Both the position numbers and the translations under genes were made by a program. A stretch of DNA of 64,000 nt from Carcharhinus amblyrhynchos (Eukaryota), in contig OZ336885.1 of assembly GCA_965287045.1 (NCBI GenBank), positions 61,070,001 to 61,134,000 on the forward strand, given 5' to 3'. Positions 52,447 through 64,000 of the stretch are shown in pieces. The notes beneath the pieces were generated by a model. It worked only from the letters and a program-made list of their open reading frames with translations. It searched no databases and was not told the DNA's origin. Within the stretch, counting starts at the first letter, position 1, and each line of letters begins with the position of its first letter.

Positions 52447-53173
52447 TTGAATAGAACCGATGAAGAAAGAACAAATCTTAATAAGTGGCAAAGTAATTTC
52501 CAGGGGTCTGGTGGCCTATTGCTGCTCCCAATCGATGTTCTTCCTGTGTGCTTACGTTCGTTGGTGTAGGTACAAAACGCCGTTCTAAGTGACGGGAGAT
52601 CTAGTTTAATTGAAATGAAGACAGTGACGGTGTCACATTCTTTGTTTTAATCTGTCTGGCCTGCCATTGGATGACATAGAGCAGGGGTCACGTTTCCAAA
52701 TGAAATGATCTGGAAAATATGAGTTATTATCGATACTGGATTCTCCATATAAATGAATAATCTCATCGCATGAACCAGGAAACGATATTCTCGAATATGA
52801 GAGAGATTGAATGCACCTGACTGATCTTAAACCGCATTGGTATCGCAATATGCTCTATCGTCAACAGTTTGGTTGGCCTCTTAGATAGCTGGTGTTTTAT
52901 TTGAATTTAATCACTTACTCTATTCTAAATGAGGATACGCTGTTTATCAGTCAAACTTCAGGGAATTGATCTTTCATGTTTATTTCCATGCAGAGTTGAG
53001 CTTTAAATTTCTTACCGAATTACAGAATGCAGTCATGTGGATCGGCACTCTTTGCCCGATATAACATATATAAACGCTTCAGCAGAACAGTGAAATTTCT
53101 AATGTGACTGCCAATTCCAATATTAAAAGCAGACGTCAGTCAGTACTAGTTCCCAAACTTGGGAACTGCACTC

Positions 53174-54266
53174 AACATATGAACATAAGAACATAAGAAA
53201 TAGGAGCAGGAGTAGGCCATCTGGCCCTTCGAGCCTGCCCCGCCATTCAATAAGATCATGGCTGATCTGTCGTGGCTCAGTTCCACTTTCCGGCCCTCTC
53301 CCCATAACCCTTAATCCCCTCTCTTATCAAAAACCCATCAACCCGCTTCTTGAAAATATTTAGCGAGGCAGCCTCCACCACTTCAACGGGCAGAGAATTC
53401 CAGAGATTCACCACCCTTTGAGTGAAGAAGTTCCTCCTCAACTCCGTTCTAAAACGCCCCCCCTTTATCTTGAGGCTGTGCCCCCTAGTCCTACTGTCCC
53501 CTTTGAGCGGGAAGAGTCTCTCCACCTCTATCCTATCCATCCCATTCATCATCTTATACGTCTCAATGAGATCTCCCCTCATTCTTCTAAACTCCAACGA
53601 GTACAAGCCTAGTTTATTCAGCCTCTCCTCATAGCTCAACCCCCTCAACTCCGGTATCAGCCTAGTAAACCTCCTCTGCATTCCCTCCAAGGCCAAAATA
53701 TCTTTGCGCAGGTGCGGCGCCCAAAACTGCACACAATACTCCAGCTGCGGCCTCATCAATGCCCTATACAGCTGCAGCAAGACCTCCCTACTTTTATATT
53801 CAATCCCCTTCGCTATGAAGGCCAGCATCCCATTCGCCTTCCTGACCACCTGCTGCACCTGCAAGCTGGGTTTTTGCGACTCATGCACAAGGACCCCGAG
53901 GTCCCTCTGCACCGTCGCCTGCTGCAGTTTTTCGCCCCGTAAGTAATAGTCCTTCCTACCATTCTTCCTACCAAAGTGGACAACCTCACACTTGCCAACA
54001 TTAAATTCCATTTGCCATTTCCTGGCCCATTCGCCCAGCCTATCTACATCCTTCTGCAGACTCTCCACACCCTCCGCACAATTTGCCTTTCCACCAATCT
54101 TGGTGTCATCCGCAAATTTCGACGCCCTACACTCGGTTCCCTCCTCCAGATCATCTATATAAATGGTAAAAAGCTGAGGCCCCAGCACCGACCCCTGGGG
54201 CACTCCACTAGTCACCATCCGCCAATGCGAATAGCACCCGTTGACCCCCACTCTCTGCCTCCTATT
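53174..54266 (-). mobile_element. Young CR1 3' fragment with open RT C-half
   Basis: 324-aa [14 protein letters not shown]...KFADDTK...GKWN plus 3' UTR. Confidence 0.97.
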
Positions 54267-56937
54267 TTCTTGCTGGCAGGTGTTGACTCGGACGATGTGG
54301 AAATAATAATGCTTGCAGCTCTGTCATCCATCTATAGCTTTCTGATTTGTATTCTAAATCTCTATCTGCGCCATTTCCACAAATTCACAATAAATTTGCT
54401 GCAAAGCTTTCAAATTACTTTTAACAATTTCCAATTCGTGGAAGACTGTTGTAAAGTATTGTGTGGTGATACTATGCTTTTAAGAAAAAATGATTACATT
54501 TATTTATTTTTTTTCGAACTGCGTCTACCGTTTTATTCTGCCACCGTTAGGTGAGTAGCCAGGGTCCTATAATTATTACAGAAGAATAACGATTAGAATG
54601 GTTTTTTTTAAACTGGGCTAGGACAGGACCCTGGAAGGTTATAATTCATTTGGAAATGCTTGATAGTGCATGACTGACAGGTCAGGTGCTGCCTGGAAAC
54701 AATATTCTCTTCCACAAAAAAAGTTGGTTTAGGTGGAAGAAAGCATTCTCTCTCTGTCTCTACCTATCTATGGATCGATCTATCTATCTATCTTACACAA
54801 TCCCTCTCTCTCTCGTTCTCCCTTTCTCTCTGCCTCGCTTAACTGAATAAAAAACAATTTTTGAAGTGACAAGCACGCTGGAAGACGGAGATAATTATAG
54901 CAATTGATCAGCAGTCAACATAGCCAGAAGCACAGTCGAGATGATAGGAAACATCTAGAGTTCAATTAAAAATAAAACTGCTTGCATGTGAAAAAAAAGT
55001 CAAGCAGATTGAATTCGAAGCAAATGATAGAGATCAGCAAAAGAAAGAGAAGAGTTGGCATGTGTAGCAGCAAAAAAAAACAAACCATAGAGAGAGAGAG
55101 AGAAAGAGAAACAAAATGCAAAAAAAGAAAGAAAATGCTCGAACTTCAGGTGCTGGAAACAAAAGAGATGCTTTGAATTCTGCAGACTGGCAATGAAAAG
55201 TGAACATTAATTGAAAATTACGGAGCTTAAGGTTAAAGTACAATATAGGAGACGTGATTCGGAATGTGAGGAAGAGGAACAGTGTCACAATCAAAAACCT
55301 GGTGAGGATCTATTAAATTCCAAGTGTTGCCAAGCTTTTATGAGAAGGGTGTAGAAGTTTTCTTTTTATTTCGTTAGCGAATGTAGCTAAGCACATGAAG
55401 TGGTAAAGCCCACTGCTTATTATTGATTTAAACGCAGTTGGAAGGGAGAGCGAGCGATGCATTTCCAACACGGTCAGAGGATTTACCTGTCGATTTGCAG
55501 GAGGTGAAAAATGTTTTATGTGCACATGAACTAGTGCCAGAAGCCCACAGACACGCTCTTTAGAAATCTAAGCAAACAAAGTGGTCAAATGTACACATAA
55601 TTTGAATGGATCAAACAAGTTTATAAATAGTTGGGAAAGGACATTGAAAATGGACCATATGTTTTTCGTGAAATACGTGTTTTGGAGAAGTTTAAAGAGT
55701 CACTTTTTGACTACGTGAGGACTCGTGTGGAAGGGCAGAGCGTTGAAACTGCGAGGTTAACAGCAGACATTACAGATGATGTTGTATTACTTTTTAAATA
55801 AAAGATTGGATTCCGGATTCAGCATCAGTATGCTTGGGGCATCAGCTGGGAAAACGCGAAATTTGTAGGTGGTAAAGTACACGGCGATCACTTGGAGACA
55901 TTGAAGATGAACATCACAGGTAACAAAGGAAACACGGGAGACTTGAAGAGTAAGTTTTTTTTTAAAAAAAGTGAGATGTTTTCACTGCAGTAAATTAGGA
56001 CAAACAAATTGGCAATATTGGTGGGTTAAGAAAATCACGGGGAAGGCAGAGGTCATAAAGCTGGATAAGCCAATGTGGATTATCAATGCGGGATATTAAA
56101 CTTGATTTGAAGTTAAAGAAATGAAAAGCTTCGACAGGGGTTTGTTGATAAGAAAGTGACAGATCTCTTGAATCACTTCACCTGATTCGGTAAAGTTAAC
56201 TCATACGTCCCATAGGAGTACGTAAATAAGTTTATTTGTAAGAGATACGGGGGAAGTCAACCTTTGATAGTGTGAGATGAGGAATGATGCAATTTAGAAG
56301 AATATTGCAGGAAAGGTGTTAATATGTGAAATTCAGCATGGGCCGCGCAATGTTCCACTATATCAGATGAGGTCAGAAAGGCCACTGAAAAATATTGAAG
56401 CGGCTGTAGGAGTAATAGAGAAATTGTTATCTAATTATACAGTTTGTATTTGGTAACAATGTAATTGGGTAACAGGTGGCAGCTATGCTTCCTGTGATTG
56501 GAAAGGCAGTGGAAAGTGAAAGGACTTTGTTTTTAATGGGTGCATATCATGGGATTTTCCTGATTATGTGGTAACAAGATCACAAAGCCATGTGTTAAAA
56601 CAAAAGGAGGAATCAAATAGTGAAGATAAAGAAGTTAAACTTGAATTATCAGAAAAGAATTTTGACCGTAAAATTGCAAAAGAACTATAATAAACAGGGG
56701 ATGAATTGAACTGTCATTTTTATTTCTGGAATGTTAGTAGAGCTGCACAAGAAAGATCCCGAGATTAAAACATACTTCATTAAAAAACAGACACGGAAAA
56801 TATTCTGCTTGTATACGGTAGTATCATTAACCTTGCAAATGACGTCTCAATCAGGAAATGGCGAACATTGCATAGTTAGGTGGATGAAATGTGGGCAGAC
56901 GTTTAGCAAGTGCTGCAGCGGGTAAGGGATAGAAATG

Positions 56938-58503
56938 AGGGCTCCGATTCTCCCGTCTGCGCCCTCCACTTTTCTGTCCGATCCGGCAGGGAGATGCCCG
57001 TGCTGGCCATTTCGCGGGTCCCCCGCCAGTTTTTTTTTGTCCGTAAGCATCTTCCAGCCGGAGAAAAAAACGTCGTCATCGAGCAGTGGCTGAAAAACGG
57101 TGCGCCGGTGTTTAACACAAATTTACATGCTTTTGCATGTCATTAGTGAATTCCACACTGCAATCTCCGCCAACGTCAGCGTCTCCCGACTCTTCGATGG
57201 CTATAATTTTGGCGCGAACCAGAACAGGTATTTAAACGTGGCAACCTGACCTGGCAGCTTTGAACAGGCTTGAGGAAGTAAGTACTGCTCGCAGAGCACG
57301 GGGGTGGTTGCTGCAGGCCCTGGATATGCCCGGTAGCCTCCCTCCTGCTTCTTTCAGGTTTTGGCCTATTGATTTGTGACATCTCGGTGTGGGAGTGGGG
57401 CGGGGGGCGGGGGGGAATGTTGGGGGGATTGGCATCGGCGAGGCTTCCATTTCCTCACACCTCCCTGGTGAAGTTCGTCGCATTCCCTTCCCCCCTCCAA
57501 GCAGCGCTGAGGCTGACTGTGGGAAGCAGCCTTGAAGGCTCCCGCTCCACCACACCCTCCAGCCCCTCTACAAGCAACGCTGAGGTTGATTATGGGAAGC
57601 AGCCTCGAGGGCTCCCGCTCTCCCTTCCCCCTCCATTACTTCTCCATACAAGGCTGTGGCTGACTGTTCGCAGCAGCCTCGAGGGCACCTGCTCCCCTCC
57701 CCCACCCTCTAAGCACATTGCAATGGCATTGTGTTTCCACTGGGTATGATCCCAGACTCTACCAAGTGCTGGTGTACCGGGGTGGGGAAGGAGTATACCA
57801 TGTGCTGATTAAGGCCTAACCGGGTGAAGCAGCTGCTGCTCCAGGCCGTGTTGCAAAGGTTCAGATATGGACTTCATGGAATCGGCCGTCACTGCACAAA
57901 CATCGGGTTCTTTTATGCATTGTCTCCCTGCCCTGTGACGCTGACCAGCAACACATGCATGTAACAGATGCTGCAGTTGCACACATGGCAATGGCTCAAG
58001 GGTAGGCATTCCCAATTTCTACACACTGACCTGCATGATCCGTGCAAGCAATTGTCATGATCGGAATTTTACAAACCATAATCGAGCAACGCGTGGCACC
58101 ATAGACTGTGAGGGGGGTTGCCAGCTCCATCAAGTGGGAACGCTGGCTCAAGTGCGGGATTGGGCTGGTGCTGGATCTGTGCAGTCAATGGTCATAATCC
58201 GTCATGCTAGGCGTTTTCCAAACCGTACTGTGCAGATGGATCCCAGTTTGCTTGACCTGGAGCAGACCATGTTGATGGCAGGGGTGGTGGAGAAGGAAAA
58301 GGAGGAGGAGGCTGTGGCTCAGAGGGTGGCGGACGTGGAACGACTACCACAAGAGGAGCCACCACCAGACCCTCAGGAAGGAGGGCAGAAGGATGCCGCT
58401 GAGGGCCAGGAGGTGGAAGAGCAGGCTCCAGAGAGAGTGTGCAGAAAGCGGAGGGTGCCGAGGCAAGTGGGTACAGGACCTACAACTCATTCAAGGCCCT
58501 TTT
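56938..58503 (+). mobile_element. Probable PIF/Harbinger DNA transposon 5' fragment
   Basis: Abrupt GC-rich block starting GGGGCTCCGATTCTCCC. Ends in an acidic ORF followed by RKRRVPR..YRTYNSFKAL (frameshifted), resembling the Harbinger transposase N-terminus; no DDE core present. Confidence 0.45.
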
Positions 58504-59189
58504 GAAGGGGATTTGCCTTCTCACCGGATATCATTCACATTTTGTGTGAATCGTTTTTCAAATCCACTTGCCGATTATTTGAATATGGCTTGACTTTGTT
58601 TAACTTCGGGCAACTGCCGACGAGAGTCAAAATGTTTGCCTGCAAACATGAAATTTCCTCGACATGAGTCACATCTTGGACCGTTACCTGTTATGCAATA
58701 CAAAACTAGTTTATTTTGGAGTTCCCGATATAGTTGGACTACTATTGCCCATGCACATCCTGGGAGTGCGAGAAAGAAGGACCTCCAGAAGTTTTATATT
58801 CCTCAAATCTATCGCTCACAAAAACTCGTAATGCAGTTTAATCTGGTTTTGCTCGTATTGCCTATGTTGTCTCAAGTCAAATATCGTCAATTCTGCATAT
58901 TCTATGCCATTTTCTTTAATTTTTGAAGTTCTGGAGACACGGTGCATCGAACGAATTGATAAAACAACGCTGAATTTGTGAAAAAAAAACATATCAATCT
59001 ATGTCAATCGGTATCGACGGAACAAAACGCATCAGTAATTGTTGTTGAAAACGTTCTGAATTCACACAACATTCATTTGACTCCGATAGTGTTAGAAATC
59101 TCATTTGTGAAAATATTGTTTGTCATATGTATATATATATACATATATACATTCTAATATATTTCAGGAAAAAGGAAAGTAAGCAATGT

Positions 59190-59295
59190 TGACAAAAGAT
59201 CTTTCAGACTTGAGGCGTTAACGTTGTTTCCTCTCCACGGATGCTGCCGGAACTGCTGTGGAATCCCAGCATTTTCCATTTTTCCTCCAGATTGT
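59190..59295 (+). mobile_element. Penelope-derived short repeat remnant
   Basis: CGTTAACGTTGTTTCCTCTCCACGGATGCTGCCGGAACTGCTGTGGAATCCCAGCATTTTC resembles a common chondrichthyan Penelope terminal repeat (recalled, not searched). Confidence 0.5.
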
Positions 59296-62200
59296 AGGTG
59301 CATTATGATTGTCGACCAGCCCAAGCAACCGCGCTTTCCATGTTTATTCATCCTCTGTAATTCCTATCATACAAATCTCCCCTGCCGTGTCATTTACGGC
59401 ACTCTCTCTCTCGTTGAACCATTGCATGTTTATGTCTGGTCATCTACACCAATTTCAGGGACAAATCTATATCTCTCGCGCCCTCTTCTACGTCGAGAGG
59501 CAACCTGCATGATTCTCCACTCCACTCTGGTCTCCCCACGTAGCTCTTCTTATAAGAATCACTTCATCCTTGATTTCGGTATTTGCAGGAAATGTTGTCC
59601 TTTTGAATATACACTTAATATGATGATATAAGAAGATGGAATGAAATAAAAGTTTCAATTTTCAATCTATTTGGTTAGTGTGGTCAAAGGACTTAATTTT
59701 TGTAGCACTTGATATATTTTTGGTGTCAGGGTTTGCGTTTCTTTGATAAAATATGGTAAAACTGTCATACAACAGCTAAAGCGCTGAAAGAGTCAATTAC
59801 CTCATCAGGTCTGCACCCTTTCTCCCACAGATCATCTTTCCCAGGCGCAAGCCCAGCCTACCCGTGAACTCCACGCGTGCGCCGCGTTAATACATCAAAT
59901 CCACAGTTCCGCGGACGTGAGCGGGCATTTTTGTATGGGTATTCCGCCTAATCTTCCAATGTTTGGATTGCTTGACGAAAACGGAGCATCCAGATAAAAC
60001 ATACGCAGACAAAGGAAGAGTAAGCAAAGTCCAGATTGTCAAGCTTTCGCTTGACTGTAGTATTCATTCGCAGATAAGCCTGCAAGTCAATCAACGATCG
60101 TAGGCTCTTACCAAAACGTTTTGCTCGTAGCTGTTTATCTATTGAAAATGCAATATGTTTTAGCGTACATTTGAAACAAAGAAAACGGGAAATCTTACTC
60201 CTCAAATTCTATATTACCGTTCCAATTCCCTGTATGCCATCAATTGGTCGATCTTGATTATTTGTTGCCACTGTTTCAGAAATCGTTGACGTTCATGTTT
60301 ACGTAATGAACAGTTTTGGAAATTGCAAATTGGGATATTTGACGTGAAACCATTTAAAATATGGGATGCATCATTATTGGCGTAATTCCTATTTAACTAG
60401 ATTAACAATGTAACAAAGGAGCAAGTAATATATATTTTTAATAGTTACAGTTGCAATATTCCGAAATACAATGCTTGACAGCACTTTCAGGAAAGGCGAG
60501 AACATCATCGAGTCTGCAGCCGCTTTCAGAAAGATATTACAAGTCCCACACATTAGTATAATCGTGACAAGATTTTCTTTTCTGTTAGAATTCTAATTTA
60601 ATACCGACTACTCCTTTGTTATGTGTCGTATGTTTAACGAGGAATGGGGCCATTCTTAAGCAACGGATTTGCTCATATGCAATCCCACAGTGAAGGAGAT
60701 TTGAATAGCATGTTAGCACATGCAAATTGACGCATATTCTGCTGAATTTGTTTCGTTCAAATATAAAACAAACAACTTCAAAATGATCAACGAATGTCTT
60801 TTTTATGAATTCGTAGAAAGTAGTAATTTCACTTGACTATCGTTGGGCTAATGATACGCGAACATTGCATCTCTCGATAGGAGCTGGGGATGTTCAAGTT
60901 TAATCGATAATAACGAAAAAAAAAACGGGACTGTGCTATCGGTTTTACAAAATATAAAACTCCAAACGTATAGTGAAACGGGTGATCAGGAAATAAAATG
61001 TGTCAACCTTCGTCGAATTTACCTGCATGTCACTCCGAGTTGCACGTTAATGTTCCTACCGCTTAACTGTTATGGAAGCTCGCATTGACAAATGACCAAT
61101 GTTTCCAAAATCTCAGCGGTGTCCGCACAAATTTGAATATATTTACCAGATGGGAAATATAGCATTTGTAATGTTTCGAAGGTCAGACGTCATCCAAATT
61201 CTACGCATGATGCGCACACAGGTCATGACTCAGCAGGGATTCGATAAACTGACTTTGAGTGAGGGCTAGAAAATCAGGACAGCCTGAGAATGGGAAAGCA
61301 CCACTGGCAGGCCAACTGTAGTAAAGCAGCACTCGGAAGTTCAGGATGTGAAATGAAGAAGTTTATAGTTCAGAAGAGGAAGTGCTCGTCGAGCTTTTTC
61401 AGCAAGGCCGTTATTTCAGTGGGAAAGCTATGTATTTGGTAACCCATTACTTGAACAAAATAATAAAATACGATAACTCAGAATACATCTGAAATATGGA
61501 TTAAATAGCTAGTCTTTATTCCAAACTATAGTAATCCATTGTTACCGAGAGTATCGATGTATTAATTATACAATGTCGTGACTTGTCACATTCCTGCATG
61601 TGAGGATTTTGGTCGAGGCCAATCGGCATCCTCTGTCACTCGGGTATAACGATATATGTAGATGTAGATTCCATGATTCAAGTACTGATCAAAGTTTCAA
61701 TCGAAATATGTTATCTCCACGTTCCCGTTCGCGAATATAGTCGGGGTCTTCATTTAAAGCATTTCCTTTGGTACTTCCATCGCACCTTTCTTGTGCAGCT
61801 CTTCTGATATTGAATCCAGTTCTGATGATAAAACAAAAAAAAACAATTGTTGACATACACTCAACGGGAAATGCTCGCAGAAAAAAATGCACTTTATCAA
61901 CATATAAGCTCTAAAGGCAAAATTATTAAAAATGTAACCAGAAAAATGTCAGGAATTGATGGAGTCCAGGCAATGCCACTGGAGACTTGCAACTAACTTT
62001 TGTTGCGCTCCAAATTCCACAGTTGTGTTTTGATGAACCTTCAGTGAATTCGATTACAAACAGTTTCACATTCAATCTGCGATTGAGGCCCCAGTCCAAG
62101 AAACGTTTGATGATGCGATTTCAGGAAGTCCACGGCATTTTACATGTTCAGTATCATTGATGGCGCCACGTCTGAACGAGTTTTGCCCGCCTTTGTTTCT

Positions 62201-62388
62201 CGTGTTCGGAAGTGTTTCATCATTGGAATTAATCTATCCATATCTTGAGCAAATCTTCTACGTTAAATACCTACATTTGTTATCTTTATGTGGCGGAATT
62301 CGAACTAATTCTATTCAATCATCGAAAAAGTTGCAAAATTTGAACGGGAGCTTTGAATCTGATTAACCAGAGTTTCGTTCCAACCAGA

Positions 62389-64000
62389 ATAAGAACATAA
62401 GAAATAGGAGCAGTAGTAGGCCAACTAGCCCTTCGAGCCTGCCCCGCCATTCAATAAGATCATGGCTGATCTGTCGTGGCTCAGTTCCACATTCCCGCCC
62501 TCTCCCCATAACCCTTAATCCCCTCTCTCATCAAAAACCCATCAACCCGCGTCTTAAAAATATTTAGCGAGGCAGCCTCCACCACTTCAACGGGCAGAGA
62601 ATTCCAGAGATTCACCACCCTTTGAGTGAAGAAGTTCCTCCTCAACTCCGTTCTAAACCGCCCCCCCCCTTTATCTTGAGGCTATGCCCCCTAGTCCTAC
62701 TATCCTTTCTGAGCGGGAAGAGTCTCTCCACCTCTATCCTATCCATTCCATTCATCATCTTATACGTCTCAATGAGATCACCCCTCATTCTTCTAAACTC
62801 TAACGAGTACAAGCCTAATCTATTCAGCCTCCCCTCATAACTCAACCCCCTCAACTCCGGCATCAGCCTAGTAAACCTCCTCTGCACTCCCTCCAAGGCT
62901 AAAATATCCTTGCGTAAGTACGGCGCCCAAAACTGCACACAGTACTCCAGCTGCGGCCTCACCAATGCCCTATACAGCCGCAGCAAGACCTCCCTACTTT
63001 TATATTCAATCCCCCTCGCGATGAAGGCCAGCATCCCATTCGCCTTCCTGACCACCTGCTGCACCTGCAAGCTGGGTTTTTGCGACTCATGCACAAGGAC
63101 CCCGAGGTCCCTCTGCACCGTCGCCTGCTGCAGTTTTTCTCCACGTAAGTAATAATCCTTCCTACCATTATTCCTACCAAAGTGGACCACCTCGCACTTG
63201 CCAACACTAAATTCCATTTACCATTTCCTGGCCCATTCGCCCAGCATATCTAAATCCTTCTGTAGACTCTCCCCACCCTCCGCACAATTTGCCTTTCCAC
63301 CAATTTTGGTGTCATCAGCAAATTTCGACACCCTACACTCGGTTCCCTCCTCCAGATCATCTATATAAATGGTAAATAGCTGAGGCCCCAGCACCGACCC
63401 CTGGGGCACTCCACTAGTCACCATCCGCCAATCCGAATAGCACCCATTGACCCCCACTCTCTGCCTCCTATTTGACAACCAGTCCTCTATCCACGCTAAC
63501 ACCCTGCCCCCAACTCCATGCCCCCTGACCTTCTGTAATAACCTCTTGTGAGGTACCTTGTCAAACGCCTTCTGAAAATCCAGACAGACCACATCCACCG
63601 GCTCTCCTCTATCCACCGCCCTAGACACATCCTCATAGAACTCCAGTAAATTTGTCAGACACGACTTCCCTTTAAGGAAACCGTGCTGCGTCTGCTCTAT
63701 CAAGCAGTTCCCTTCAAGATGCCTCGCTATTTCCTCCTTGATGACGGATTCTAACATTTTACCTACAACAGACGTTAAACTAACAGGCCTGTAATTCCCC
63801 GCCTTTTGCCTGCCACCCTTCTTAAACAACAGCGTAACATTAGCCGTTTTCCAATCTTCCGGCACTTCCCCGGAATCCAGCGACGTCTGGAAAATAACCA
63901 CCAAGGCATCCACTATCACCTCCGCCATTTCTTTCAGGACCCTCGGATGCATTCCATCCGGTCCTGGGGACTTGTCCACAATCAGCCCCTGCAGTCTGTC
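62389..64000 (-). mobile_element. Young CR1 LINE ORF2 (RT) running off the window end
   Basis: [16 protein letters not shown]...[10 protein letters not shown]...[11 protein letters not shown]...KFADDTK. One nonsense codon at 63218-63220 (CAA>TAA) and a G-run frameshift near 62665. Confidence 0.98.

Noticed and set aside
54580-56760. Possible further LTR-element remnants
   Set aside because: No paired LTR, PBS or clear protein motif could be identified.
1-64000. CRISPR arrays, rRNA/tRNA genes, prokaryotic operons
   Set aside because: None seen. tRNA-like segments are SINE heads or primer binding sites, and most remaining short ORFs are antisense to repeats or chance.

Overview
Vertebrate nuclear DNA, most likely from a cartilaginous fish; this is inferred from the repeat repertoire (CR1 LINEs with (TTCTTATG)n tails, HE1/V-SINE-like SINEs, Penelope remnants). 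The window holds one recognisable host gene, on the minus strand (about 47.4 kb to 14.2 kb), with butyrophilin-like architecture. It has a signal-peptide exon, two decayed Ig-like exons, a disrupted TM-like exon, a long array of symmetric phase-1 micro-exons of mostly 36 and 27 nt encoding a coiled coil, and an intact terminal B30.2 (PRY-SPRY) exon. The ectodomain exons are broken while most cytoplasmic exons are clean. The rest is transposable-element DNA: two old proviruses with paired LTRs (tRNA-Gln and tRNA-His primer sites), four young near-identical CR1 3' fragments, older CR1s, a Rex1/Babar fragment, SINEs, Penelope remnants, a probable PIF/Harbinger fragment and microsatellites. Exon calls were made by eye from splice signals and reading frame and need RNA confirmation.
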